Positions 23,011 through 33,445 of a stretch of 64,000 nt of DNA are shown piece after piece. Numbering within the stretch: the first letter of the stretch is position 1; each line of letters starts with the position of its first letter. The position numbers and the translations under genes are program-made. Location of the stretch: NCBI GenBank assembly GCA_965219095.1, contig CBDCMT010000001.1, forward strand, positions 640,001 to 704,000, in the 5' to 3' direction. This DNA is from Bdellovibrionales bacterium. Lineage in GTDB: Bacteria > Bdellovibrionota > Bdellovibrionia > Bdellovibrionales > UBA1609. The notes below the pieces were generated by a model that saw only the letters and a list, made by a program, of their open reading frames with translations, did no database searches and was not told the DNA's origin.

Positions 23011-24006
23011 ATGAAACATCTGTTGTCACTCCGAAAAGCTCTTCAAAATTCTTCTCAAAAAGTGTTTATTTTAGAAACACAAGACATTTTTTTCACAAAA
23101 CAAGCCATGTCTATAATTAAACAAAGCTTAAATCTTGATTTTTGTGAAGAAGTTTTTGATATTGAAGACGGTGCTTTAGATAAGTTTTTTTTGAGTTTAA
23201 GAACTCCTCCTTTCTTAAACCCTAGAAAATTAATTGTGCTTTATGGCTTAGAACACCTCAAAGATCCTAGTTTGTTAGGAGAAAATCTTGAACGTTTAGC
23301 TCATTATAATATGGTAGTTTTATATGCCTCTCATTTAGATAGAAGAAAAAAAACATGGAACGCTTTTTTAAAAAAATATTTTGTTTTAAGTTTTCCTAAA
23401 CTTAAAAGTTATGAAAAAGCAGACTGGGTTCAGTGGCTTTGTCATCGCTATAAAATGGAAGTAAATAAAAGTCTGTGCGTTTGGTTAAGTTCCTTCCTTC
23501 CTGATGATTTAGGAGGAATTAACAGTGAAATTAAAAAAATAAAAACTTTTTTAGGCAAAAAAGAAAAAGAATCTTGCATTTTGCAAGAGAAGGATATAAA
23601 AGAAATTTTATTTAAACAAAAAAATGATACCTTATTTGACTTAGGCCATTTATTGGCTCAAAAAAACCTACATGGATTTTTAATTGCTATTAAAAAATTT
23701 TTAGACCAAGGAGAAAGCTCTGTCGCTTTGATTATTTTCTTAGCAAGGCATTTTCGCCTCCTTTTAAAAGTTAAAGAAGGTTTAGAGAAAGGTCTGAAAT
23801 ATAAAGCTTTAGCTGACTTTGTAAGAATCCCTCCTTTTTTCCTCAATCAATACCTTGATGAAGTTAAGCTTTGGAGTAAAGATGGCTTAAAAAACAATCT
23901 TATTGAACTTTATAATCTTGATAAAGAATTAAAAACAAAAGGTGCTTTATCAGAATTTTTATGGGATCGTTTTGCTCGTTCTAGAATCAAATTCTCCTTC
24001 GAATAA
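23011..24006 (+). CDS. holA: DNA polymerase III delta subunit
   Basis: LRTPPFLNPRKLIV, LDRRKK, SEIKKI, IPPFF, DKELK; follows lptE. Confidence 0.85.
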   Translation: MKHLLSLRKALQNSSQKVFILETQDIFFTKQAMSIIKQSLNLDFCEEVFDIEDGALDKFFLSLRTPPFLNPRKLIVLYGLEHLKDPSLLGENLERLAHYNMVVLYASHLDRRKKTWNAFLKKYFVLSFPKLKSYEKADWVQWLCHRYKMEVNKSLCVWLSSFLPDDLGGINSEIKKIKTFLGKKEKESCILQEKDIKEILFKQKNDTLFDLGHLLAQKNLHGFLIAIKKFLDQGESSVALIIFLARHFRLLLKVKEGLEKGLKYKALADFVRIPPFFLNQYLDEVKLWSKDGLKNNLIELYNLDKELKTKGALSEFLWDRFARSRIKFSFE

Positions 24007-24347
24007 AATGACGTTAGATATTTTTTCAATGTCTATAACACCTAGGAAGAGATATCGACTTTAGACCTTAAAATATAGAGTTTTTATTAATAAATGGCCA
24101 AGTATTTTTTCTCTAACTCTCTACTGTCTTTTTCTTAAAAGAAAAAAAGCTTTACTTACTCCATACTTTTTGATAGAAATAGGGCCAGTATATCTTCCTG
24201 ATAACTTTGTCTCTTCTCTCACAACAAAACCACAATCAAATCAATTGACAACAAGACTATGAAATGTCTTGATTGAAGAACCCCCCCTTGAGATTATGAT
24301 AGAAAAAATGATTGCACTGAAGCACTTTAGTTAGGTATCATAAAATT

Positions 24348-24968
24348 ATGAGAAAAAAGATTTTTTTTGTACTTTTTCTTTTTCCCTTATGGAGTTTTTC
24401 TCACCCTGTTATCTACAAAGGAGGCTGGGTTTATTGGGGAGAGTTTAGTCAAAGTTCTAATTCACAGATAGTAAGTTATACATTCCACCCTCGGTTTTCT
24501 TTAGGCTTCAAGTCAGAGTATTATCTTGATCTTAATGAATACCGTGATTACAAATTAGCTTTTAGCATTCTTGTTAAAAGGTGGTATTTAAAGGACTCGC
24601 AGGCTAATGTCTATGCTTCTTTTTATGGAGGAAAGTTTCATCAAAAAGACGTTGATGGAAAAGTTTTACAATCTCAATGGGATGTGGACTGGGAGTCTCG
24701 CAGTTTTTATACAGCCTTTCAAACGTCTTTCCTTAAGTTTAAAGGAGAAGTTTTTTCTAAATATAGTTACCGCATAGGTTTTGCACCCTACGTTAGTGGC
24801 ATGGATGCTTTACAAACTTGGATGATCTTTCAAATTCGTTATTTTAAAAAATTAAAAAATGAAATAAACATAACTCCTATGATGAGGCTTTTTTATAAAA
24901 ATATTCTTTGGGAGGTTGGATCTAATTTAAAAGGGAGTTATTTTTTAACACTTATGGTTCATAATTAA
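24348..24968 (+). CDS. Exported/outer-membrane hypothetical protein of a metal cassette
   Basis: Signal peptide then HPVIYKGGW; beta-strand-rich; co-oriented with HMA and MerT-like genes. Confidence 0.7.
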   Translation: MRKKIFFVLFLFPLWSFSHPVIYKGGWVYWGEFSQSSNSQIVSYTFHPRFSLGFKSEYYLDLNEYRDYKLAFSILVKRWYLKDSQANVYASFYGGKFHQKDVDGKVLQSQWDVDWESRSFYTAFQTSFLKFKGEVFSKYSYRIGFAPYVSGMDALQTWMIFQIRYFKKLKNEINITPMMRLFYKNILWEVGSNLKGSYFLTLMVHN

Positions 24969-24983
24969 ATTAAAGGGGTTTTT

Positions 24984-25274
24984 ATGAAAAAAATTATAAT
25001 TATTCTTTCCGTCATTCTTTGTATTGGAATTGTGAAGGCTCAGAACATTACCTTTCAAGTTCCAGGAATGGTTTGTCAGCTCTGCGTTCATGGGATCAAA
25101 AAAGGGTTTAAGGCTTATGTTAGAAACCCAGACACAGATATTAAAGTAGATTTGAAAAAAAAGACAGTTAGTCTAATCAATCATATCCCTATAACGGATA
25201 AAGAGATTAAGAAAATTGTTAAAGATTCTGGATATAATGTGGAAAAAATTGTTCGTAAGAAGTCTAAGTCATAA
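24984..25274 (+). CDS. Periplasmic heavy-metal-associated (MerP/CopZ-like) protein
   Basis: Signal peptide; VPGMVCQLC motif; IVKDSGY. Confidence 0.9.
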   Translation: MKKIIIILSVILCIGIVKAQNITFQVPGMVCQLCVHGIKKGFKAYVRNPDTDIKVDLKKKTVSLINHIPITDKEIKKIVKDSGYNVEKIVRKKSKS

Positions 25275-25652
25275 AGGATAAGCCTTATAAAAAAAGTAAT
25301 TTCCTTTTTATCTCTTTTTAGTTCTTTAAGTACTCTTCTCTGTTGTGCTTTACCTGTTTTATTTGTGAGTCTAGGAATGGGAGCAACCTTTGCCTCTTTG
25401 ACAGCTTATTTCCCTCAAACCATTTGGCTTGTTGAACATAAAAATATGCTTTTTGTTATAACAGGAATTTTGCTCTTGTTCTCTTATGGTTTAATAAAAA
25501 GATCAAGGACTATGGTGTGTCCTATTGATTCTAATGCAAGAGATATTTGTCAATCCTCTAAACCTTTAACTAAAAAGGTGTTTTGGCTTTCTTTTGTGAT
25601 TTACATTGTAGGCCTTAGCTTCTCATATATTTTACCAAAGTTTATAATATGA
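25275..25652 (+). CDS. MerT-like metal transport membrane protein; start codon unclear
   Basis: The frame upstream of 25365 encodes SSLSTLLCCALP; loop VCPID..C; three TM segments. Confidence 0.75.
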   Translation, partial: RISLIKKVISFLSLFSSLSTLLCCALPVLFVSLGMGATFASLTAYFPQTIWLVEHKNMLFVITGILLLFSYGLIKRSRTMVCPIDSNARDICQSSKPLTKKVFWLSFVIYIVGLSFSYILPKFII

Positions 25653-25934
25653 ATTACGAGAGATTCTATAAAAATATTTCATAATACCACCAAGATTCAG
25701 TTTGACAGTGCAACACAGGTAACTGTTCAGAAAAATTCTAGTAAATTGTTGAAATTTCACTAAAAGCTCCTATGCCTATAATGTTATATGATGTTTTTCG
25801 TTTAGATTTTCAGATTTTTTGAGTTAGGGTCTAGTTTTTATTCAAAAGTATTGATAAATCGTCATTTGTTTTAAAAAATAGTTTCATATGATAATTCTTC
25901 CTTTAGATTCTAAAAACTTAAACGGAAAGGACTA

Positions 25935-27076
25935 TATAGTGCTTCCGTTTAGGTTTTCAGTTTCTTAAGATAGAGAAGTTATCAGTTATCAAAGTTTCTA
26001 ATTTAGATCTGTGTTTTCGTATTCCTCTAAAAAATTGACTTAAACTTCCCTTGAAATCGTCATAGTTTTCATAATATCGATTCGCCGTGACCTCTTTTTT
26101 CATAAACTTCCAAAGTCTTTCTATAGGATTTAAATTCGGTGAGTACGGAGGAAGATAAACAAGTTTTATATTCAACTCTTTCGCTAACTTCTTGACAGAC
26201 TTCGATCTATTGTATCCGGCCCCATCTAAGATAAGATGAATCTCTTTTTCATCGGAATACTTCTTAATGAATATGATAGAGCATATCACATAGAAAAACT
26301 TCGTTAACTGTCTTATAACTCCTGACTACCGTCTTCAAACTATTGATCTCAATAGCTCCACAAACATTCACTCTTTTTCTCCAGCCTGAATTGGTCTTCA
26401 CTTCAAACTTCTTACTCTCTCTTATCCAACCATATGAAATCGTAGGGCCCCACTCAGGATGTGTGGAATCAGCAAAGTAAACAGGACCGTCTTTCTTCTT
26501 AATTCTCTTGTATTTACGCACAAACTTTTTCTGCTCTTCTTTCTTTACCTTACCCGGTATCGCTGTGGCTTTTTTATAAGAAAAACCAAGGCGATGGAGA
26601 AGATCAATTACACCACTTGTTAAAGTACGTAACACCAAAATTCTCCTCAATGAACTGAATAATGGTCTGTGATGATGGAAAAATTCTTTTCTCTAATTCC
26701 TTTAAAAGCATTTTCTCCTCTTTCTTAGTTAAAAAGGACCTTTTAGGGTTGTAATTGTCGTTGATTAAGCACTCTATCCCGCCTTTGTTATAACGATCTC
26801 TATAGGCTCTTATCGTGCCCTCATCAAGGAAAAGAAAACGGGAAATATCTTTACACAACTCACCTTTATTTAAATGGAGAATTGTCATAATCCTTTTTCC
26901 GTACCTAAGATTTCTTTCTAGAGATAGTTCATAGAGTAAATCTTTTCGCTCTTTTTTTGATAGAAACCCTGACATATGAAACTATTTTTAAAAATAAATG
27001 ACTTTTTATCAAGGCCTTAGAATAAAAACTAGACCTCAACTCAAAAAAAACGGAAAACCTAAGCGGAAGCACTATA
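25935..27076 (-). mobile_element. IS630-B, full length; transposase in three frames (25957-26975)
   Basis: IR TATAGTGCTTCCG(T/C)TTAGGTTTTC at both ends; DDE motifs. Confidence 0.92.
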
Positions 27077-27339
27077 TAACATCAAAAACCCTTGATGAAT
27101 TTGCTAAAGCTGTAAAATTTAATAAAGATGGAAGTATGGAACTTCCATATTTTTCTTTTGATGGTGAAAACTCTAGTTTTTTCTGGTATTCACAGGGACG
27201 ACAGGCTGTTAGTCACACTTATAATGTAAAAAAGGAAGAGACTTTTACTTCTGTTTTTAGGGGTACTTATATTGTTCAATTTACAAATGACAATGGTCAA
27301 ACCTCTGATGTTTATGGTGTTAACTCTTGGGAAGATTAA
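27077..27339 (+). pseudogene. 3' remnant of an unknown gene truncated by IS630-B
   Basis: Open frame ..SKTLDEFAKAVKF..YGVNSWED with no native start; hairpin follows. Confidence 0.55.
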
Positions 27340-27360
27340 AACAACACAACTATCACACTT

Positions 27361-27402
27361 AAAAAGAGAGACTGAAATTTGGTTTCAGCCTTTTTTCTTT
27401 TT
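27361..27402 (+). terminator. Probable intrinsic terminator
   Basis: CTGAAA-TTTGG-TTTCAG stem followed by a T-run. Confidence 0.5.
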
Positions 27403-27438
27403 AGAGAGCACAATTAAAAGCATTTTTAAATTATATCC

Positions 27439-27516
27439 GTAAGTCGGTTTCTTAGTAAGTCAGTTTCTTAACAGCCCTTGACGACTTCTACGAAGAGGAT
27501 GTTTCTTAGATTTTAA
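27439..27516. mobile_element. Partial relative of the 120-bp MITE with a duplicated terminus
   Basis: GTAAGTCGGTTTCTTA-GTAAGTCAGTTTCTTAACAGCCCTTGAC matches the reverse complement of 14810-14868. Confidence 0.75.
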
Positions 27517-27550
27517 ACTTTATATTAAAAGAGATTTTGGTCAAGACCTC

Positions 27551-28756
27551 TTAATTTCCATTTCGCTCTTGGTGTTCTGTAAAAATATTAATCCAAATAG
27601 CAAAAGATTTTGAAGGTAAGCGATATTCACCTTTTTTGTCTCTGTTGTAGAGAATAATATTTTTCTTTTTCAAAGAGCTAAGAGCATTATCTACAGTGTG
27701 TTCATGTAGACCAGAATTTTCTATGATTTTTCCACGAGAAATCCAGCCATCTAGAAACTGTGACATATACTTTAAAAACTTCCTATAATCTAATGATTCT
27801 ATTTCTCTAAAATAAATATTATTAAAAAACCTTTCACCAAGCTGTTTTAACGCCCCCGTTTTTTTATCAAAAAGACCGATTCCAACATCCTTTTTATCAA
27901 TATTATTATCTGTATCAGCTTCAAAACAGTTATATGCAAATTGTTGTAAGAAATAAGGGTATCCTTGAGATAAATCAACTATTTCTTGAATAGCTTCTTC
28001 TGTGATTTTTGTAATTACATCATTTTTCTGGTTTGCTTCGGCTAGTCCTTTTTTTATCACTTCTATTCTCTCTGTGCCTTTCAAAACTTCTAGGCTTAAG
28101 ACATTAAATAACCTTAGTGAAGATTCGTGACTTCCTTCTAATCTTTCCATAACTTCAGAAAGACCAGAAAGACCAATGCAGACTTCATTACAACTTATTT
28201 TTGTCAGCCTTTCTGTGAGAAGTTTTAAAAATGCCCCCAAGTTAGAACTTTGTGGTGGACGATCAGCTTCATCAATTAGGATTAGAATCCCTTCAACTTT
28301 TTTGGATTCAATAATTTTTTTCATTAAATGTGCAATATCGGCAATAGTACTATAAATTTCTGTTTCTTTATTTTTAAATTTAATAACCTCTGTCTCTATC
28401 TGGCTTAAGATTTTTAAAAACTCATCTAGGTAACTTCTAAATTTATCAACCTGCTTTAACTGTGTTTTTATTTCAACAATCATTTTATTTACGATGTCTA
28501 AAAACCCAAAATGGCTTTCTAGCTCAAAGCTAACTATCAAAAACTTATGATTGTGAGTTGGAGATTTTGCTAAGTCTTCTGCATAAAAAAGAAGAGAGCT
28601 TTTCCCAATACCTCGTTCTCCTTGGATGATAAAATTTTGAGGATTGCCGTTTTTTGTTTGAACCAAAGCCCTCTTTATAGCTCTGATTTCAAATTCTCTA
28701 CCGCAAAACATTCCTGTATGGATAATGTGCCCGGGCTTGTAAGGGTTATACTTCAT
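27551..28756 (-). CDS. STAND-like AAA ATPase with C-terminal winged helix
   Basis: NPYKPG..FCGRE, Walker A GERGIGKSS, Walker B ILILIDEAD, SQGYPYFLQ. Confidence 0.88.
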   Translation of the reverse strand: MKYNPYKPGHIIHTGMFCGREFEIRAIKRALVQTKNGNPQNFIIQGERGIGKSSLLFYAEDLAKSPTHNHKFLIVSFELESHFGFLDIVNKMIVEIKTQLKQVDKFRSYLDEFLKILSQIETEVIKFKNKETEIYSTIADIAHLMKKIIESKKVEGILILIDEADRPPQSSNLGAFLKLLTERLTKISCNEVCIGLSGLSEVMERLEGSHESSLRLFNVLSLEVLKGTERIEVIKKGLAEANQKNDVITKITEEAIQEIVDLSQGYPYFLQQFAYNCFEADTDNNIDKKDVGIGLFDKKTGALKQLGERFFNNIYFREIESLDYRKFLKYMSQFLDGWISRGKIIENSGLHEHTVDNALSSLKKKNIILYNRDKKGEYRLPSKSFAIWINIFTEHQERNGN

Positions 28757-28790
28757 AGGCTAACCATACAACAAAATTGATAAAAAGCCA

Positions 28791-28860
28791 CTACTGGAGG
28801 CTACCGGAGCCTACTGTAAGCTACTGGAGCCTGCTGGGGGATACCGGAGGTTGCTGGAAA
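28791..28860. repeat. Seven degenerate 10-bp tandem units
   Basis: CTACTGGAGG CTACCGGAGC CTACTGTAAG CTACTGGAGC CTGCTGGGGG ATACCGGAGG TTGCTGGAAA. Confidence 0.8.
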
Positions 28861-28862
28861 GT

Positions 28863-29257
28863 CCCGACTTCAGCGTTTTCTTTTCAAGAATCTAATGATT
28901 TCAAGTGATTACGCAAAACCATGATCACTACATTTTAAACGGTGCCTTATAGGATTTTTATATGATTTTAAGGGGTTAAAACTGTATATTACCCCAAATG
29001 TTGAATGGTTTTTTGGATGACTTTATTCTGCACTCTCTTGTTCTCTACAATCTGAACTGAAATAGAATTATTCTTTCTTGGAATCTTTTTTACAAACATA
29101 TTTAAATGTTAAAAGAAATTTCCAGCCTTGAAAAGACCTCAAAAAAAGATTTCTGACACTACAAATGCACTTTCTGGAAAAATACCCCCCAACTCTGTTC
29201 TAAACATAGCTCGCACACTTTTATGAAGTTTTAGTAGTGGAAAATGCTGAAGTCGGG
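28863..29257 (-). mobile_element. Internally deleted element of a second IS1634-like type
   Basis: IR CCCGACTTCAGC(G/A)TTTTC at both ends; frameshifted MFVK/KIPRKNNSISVQIVENKRVQNKVIQKTIQHLG. Confidence 0.7.
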
Positions 29258-30737
29258 ATCATAGAAAATTCTGGGCTACCTGAACATATTGTAGATAACG
29301 GTAAATCAAAAAGACAGGTCACTGGTTTAAGCCATGATAGTGACCCTAAAGTACTTGCAGAAGGAGGTGAGCTTTTCGAGACAAATTCTAAACCCTTTAG
29401 CTGGCCTGGTTTTTAAGGCCTCAAAGGGTGTGTTTTCCATTTTTTTCGATTAAGCCTGTATTTTTGTGAAGGCTTACTCGAAAAAAAGGAAAAAGCAAAA
29501 AAAAGATGTAAAATAGGATTTCAAGACTTTATTTATAAACAAACCAACAAAGGAGGAAAATAAAATGGCCTCCTCAAAAGAATCTGTGGGTTCCCGGAGG
29601 TTCTGGCAGTTTTCCAAGGTTATGATATAAGGCGATTTTTATAGCTTTAGAGGTTCTAAAGCCGTAAGATTTTCTCATAGTGAGTTTTACTTTGTTGTTT
29701 AAACCCTCTACAATCCCTGAGGAGAAGGCTTTTTTAGCCTTGAAGTAATTAAGAATAAGTAGCTTATGTCTTCGTATGGTTTTTGCTTCTCTTTTCATAG
29801 GTTCAATTTTTGAAAGCATGACTCGTCTCGTCCAACTGTCTATAAATTTACCAGCCCAAGTTGGTGAAACATAGGTCCATAACTGTCGGAAGTCTTCTTT
29901 TAAAAGATAACAGAGGATACTTTTTAAATTGTACTGTATTAAATGCCTTAATTTTACTTTTTCATAAGATTTTAAATTTTCTGCATTTTTTAACAAGGGC
30001 CATCTAGCTTTTGTTAAAAGGGGTTCATACCCGTCTTCTTTCATTTTTTTGTGTTCTGAAGCTCTCACTTCGTCTAAAGCCTTATTGAGTCTTGCTACGA
30101 TATGAAACCGATCTAATATATTCAAAGCTTGACTTGCCCTTTCCTTTATTACTTTTAAATAGGGCTTCCACATATCAGAACACACAAACTGTATATCTTT
30201 TGACTTCTCTCCTAGTAAATCAAAAAACTTGTTGAAACTCTCCTCTGTTCTTTTTTCTCCTATCCATAGCAAACGAACACTTTCTTTGCTTATTTCATAG
30301 ACTAAGGTGAGATACTGATGGTTCTTTTTCCATTGTATTTCATCTACACCTATAGCTTGTATTCCCTTTAAAACCCTTTGTTTTAAACCATATTCTACGA
30401 CCCATTCTACCGAAGCATAGACCTGATTCCAACTGACATGAAACTTACAAGAAACCTCTTTCCAAGACAGGTGACGACACCAGTCTGCTAAATACTTCAT
30501 GTAAAAGATCGTTAAACTCTTCTTACCATCGGCCCAAGGTAAATACTCAACTTTTACTCCACAGCAAGAACAATTAACTCTTCTTACAAAATAAACAAAA
30601 AACACCCTGTAACTTAAAATAGGAAGGGATTCAAAGTCCCGTGATGATTTACTTCTGTCATACACTGAACAGGGCTTCTTACAAACACTACAAAAAGCTT
30701 GGCCATTTTTACGAGCCTTAATAGGAACATTAATTGA

Positions 30738-32430
30738 CCTGAGTTCGTGCTCAAAAATGTACACTACAGACGGACGTTTTTTTGACAAGACTTTTTCCAA
30801 TAGATCTTAGTATTTTTTCTTGAACTTTATTCAAAGCTACTGTTTTGATAAGTCTAGTTTTATTTTTTCGGTCATAAAGATAGACATTATACATGCTACC
30901 GAGTTCTTCAAGAGCTTCCTCTGGAGACATCTGCATCTTTTCAAGCTTCATTTTTAGAATTGAAAGTATCAGACAAGATAAATAGCATATAAAGACATGT
31001 GATTGAACTCTGTTGTAAAGCCAATGACGAATTGGTCTCAAATTTGTTATTCCCTTTAAGGTCCTAAAAGATTTTTCGATTACCTCTTTCTTATAGTACA
31101 AATTAACAATATCTTTTGCAGAGATCTTTTTTGTAGAAAATATACAAGAGTAACCATCAAACTCAGATTCTAAATTCAACCGATCTCTCCTTAATCTTCC
31201 TGTTGGAGTAAGGTATTTTTCCAAACCTGGTTTTATATTTTTAGACAAAAGAATTTGTGCGTTTGCAATTTCGTCCAAACGAGATTCTCTTATACCTAAA
31301 GCTCTCCTTTGATTGTAACAAACAACTAAACGTCCTTTGATTTTTCCAACATTGTGATTAATGCTCTGAGCATACAAGGTACCACTTGATAACCTGATGC
31401 GATGGGATACATCAACAATAGAGTCTAGCCTTATCATTTTTCTAATCACATCCTTCTCTTTTTTTCTGAGAGCAATCCCACAAAGCGTATTCCAGCCCAA
31501 ATCATTGATTTCATTGAGGTTTCTCTCTGAGAAAATGCCTCTGTCGTAAACAAACATTCCTCCACTTAGTCCATAGTTTGCAAATCCATCGGATAAACTT
31601 AGTAGAGTCCTGCTATCGTGTATGTTTCCACTAAAAGTTTTATGAAACACTGGTATTCCTTCTTTTTGAGTTGTCACCAAACCAATTTGAATCAAAGGAT
31701 TTCCACGTTTCCCATCCTTACTCTTTCCTAATTTTCCAAGCTGACATTTGCTACCATAAAGGTATGTATTGGTAACATCGTACACCAACCCTTTTAGCTC
31801 AAGATTGTACCTTTTCTGAACACCTTGAAATATTTTCTTCTGTAAATTTTCTGGATCACTCTCTAAAGAATCTAGAGCAGAAAGCAAACGACTTTCGGTT
31901 AGATCCTCTAAATTTAGCAAAGTGTTTAAATCTGTTCTCTCATACCATTTTGGCATTTTTCTAAGGCTTTTGTAATCTAAACAGTGAGCATAGACCATGC
32001 TTAATATTTCATTGGAGTATTGGCCAAGAGATTTTTGCAAATCTATTTCCCTAGCTATTTTATCTAAAACAAGCAAAGGACCATAAACCTTGACCTTTTC
32101 TATTTCAAGATCAGATGAACTCATTGAAATTACAGTTTCACCATTCTCTTCCTTCCCGATGTACCGAATATGCTTTTGGATAACTTTTCCATCAACCCTT
32201 TTGTTCTCTACTTCTGCAAGATATGTCACCTTTCCTCTTTTTATTCTTCTGATAAAGCTCATATTTCTCCCTCCTATAGTGTAATATATTACACTACAAA
32301 GGAAAATGCAAGGCAAGTTATTTTTTGTGATTTTATCTAAAAATCGAAAATTCCCCTATGAAAACTGAGATTTTTATGGAAAATGGGAAATTATAGCTTT
32401 GTAGTGTACATTTTTGGTCACGAATTTAGG
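30738..32430 (-). mobile_element. IS1634-family element, complete
   Basis: ~31-bp IR CCTRARTTCGTG..CAAAAATGTACACTACA; 7-bp TSD TAATTGA. Confidence 0.92.
30751..32262 (-). CDS. IS1634-family transposase
   Basis: YDVTNTY, GKSKDGK, GNIHDS, VYDRG, IEKSFRTLK, LRPIRHW; start MSFIRR after RBS GGAGGG. Confidence 0.93.
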   Translation of the reverse strand: MSFIRRIKRGKVTYLAEVENKRVDGKVIQKHIRYIGKEENGETVISMSSSDLEIEKVKVYGPLLVLDKIAREIDLQKSLGQYSNEILSMVYAHCLDYKSLRKMPKWYERTDLNTLLNLEDLTESRLLSALDSLESDPENLQKKIFQGVQKRYNLELKGLVYDVTNTYLYGSKCQLGKLGKSKDGKRGNPLIQIGLVTTQKEGIPVFHKTFSGNIHDSRTLLSLSDGFANYGLSGGMFVYDRGIFSERNLNEINDLGWNTLCGIALRKKEKDVIRKMIRLDSIVDVSHRIRLSSGTLYAQSINHNVGKIKGRLVVCYNQRRALGIRESRLDEIANAQILLSKNIKPGLEKYLTPTGRLRRDRLNLESEFDGYSCIFSTKKISAKDIVNLYYKKEVIEKSFRTLKGITNLRPIRHWLYNRVQSHVFICYLSCLILSILKMKLEKMQMSPEEALEELGSMYNVYLYDRKNKTRLIKTVALNKVQEKILRSIGKSLVKKTSVCSVHF

Positions 32431-32789
32431 TAATTGACTTTCTATCTTTTGAAAAATAAATGTCTCCGTATACAAAAGACTTCCATCTTAAACAATCATT
32501 TAGTATAGTCTTCAAAAGCATCTCTTCCCTCCTTTTTTTTTTTTTTTGAATAACATTTTAAGGCATCTGGGAAGTAGGTGCTTCTTTTTTAAAATTTTAA
32601 TGTAACACAGCAAATAAAAGCAAATAAAATGAATGTTTTTGAGTTCAATCACCGGAGGTGATAGAGGCCAGTAAGGGCCTCAAAGAACTCAAAAATACAA
32701 GATAGGATGTCTTACTCTTGCTTTGATTAATATGAGCCTTTTTGGGGGATTTCTAGCTACTTTTCACCCACAGATTCCCGGGAGGAGCC

Positions 32790-33197
32790 TTTTTTTTAAG
32801 AGGGGAAAAAGGTTGCAAAATGAATATGAGAGTAAAGAGAATATCGATCGAAAATACAAACTGCTTATGTATGATACAGAAAAATGGGTATCAAAAAAAT
32901 ACAGAAGCCATGACTTACAAAGACTTTGTAAACGTTTGGTCAAATATCGAGATGAAATTTATACTTTCATTAAGTCTGGAGTAGACCCCACTAACAATTA
33001 TGGAGAGAGGGAAATTAGGCCTGCTGTACTTATGAGAAAAATTTCTTATTGCAATCGCTCAGAACAGGGAGCCCATAACCAAGAGGTTATGATGAGTGTC
33101 GCTCGAATGGCCAAAAAACAGAATCTATCCTTCGTTGACATGGCTACTGAATACCTCTCTAAACATTAAAATCACTAGAATTTAAGTGAACAGTTAC
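32790..33197 (+). mobile_element. IS66-B 3' fragment with right IR
   Basis: Reverse-complement match to 12425-12832. Confidence 0.92.
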
Positions 33198-33309
33198 CAA
33201 CACAGAGTGTTATGATAAGCTTGAGAGAAAAAGACCATCTGACGAACTTATAGCAGACGTGTAAAAAAAATTCATAATTATTGTTATTTTTACTATAATT
33301 TGAGAAAAC

Positions 33310-33338
33310 TTGACCTTATAAATAATAAATGTTAATAT
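33310..33338 (+). promoter_or_regulatory. Candidate sigma70 promoter for the 33446-34838 gene pair
   Basis: TTGACC-17 bp-TAATAT with a TGn extension; AT-rich context lowers specificity. Confidence 0.4.
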
Positions 33339-33445
33339 TACATCAATAGGTTTTATTTATCATTTACGTGATTTGATTTTGACTGAGAAGAACCAGAGAA
33401 TTGGAGTTTTGGAGTTATAGGAATGAATGAAAACAAAGGAGACAA

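Larger units (their letters stand above)
29568..32789 (-). mobile_element. ISL3 copy interrupted by IS1634
   Basis: Both ISL3 ends present; transposase split at 30737/32431; flanks do not form a TSD. Confidence 0.92.
25719..33197 (+). mobile_element. IS66-B-bounded composite element, 7479 bp
   Basis: Left end GTAACTGTTCAG at 25719, right end GTGAACAGTTAC at 33197; 8-bp CAACACAG on both flanks. Confidence 0.85.

Noticed and set aside
26998..27339. 113-aa ORF as a complete gene
   Set aside because: First ~26 codons lie in the IS630-B terminal sequence; only the tail is native.
28791..28860. Decamer array as a CRISPR array
   Set aside because: Units are contiguous, 10 bp long and have no unique spacers.
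29574..30800. 408-aa ORF as an intact ISL3 transposase
   Set aside because: Its first ~21 codons come from the IS1634 end; the native N-terminus is at 32431-32521.
32723..33169. 148-aa ORF as a novel gene (likewise 6376-6588)
   Set aside because: Read-through from the ISL3 end into IS66-B (or IS630-B) transposase tails.
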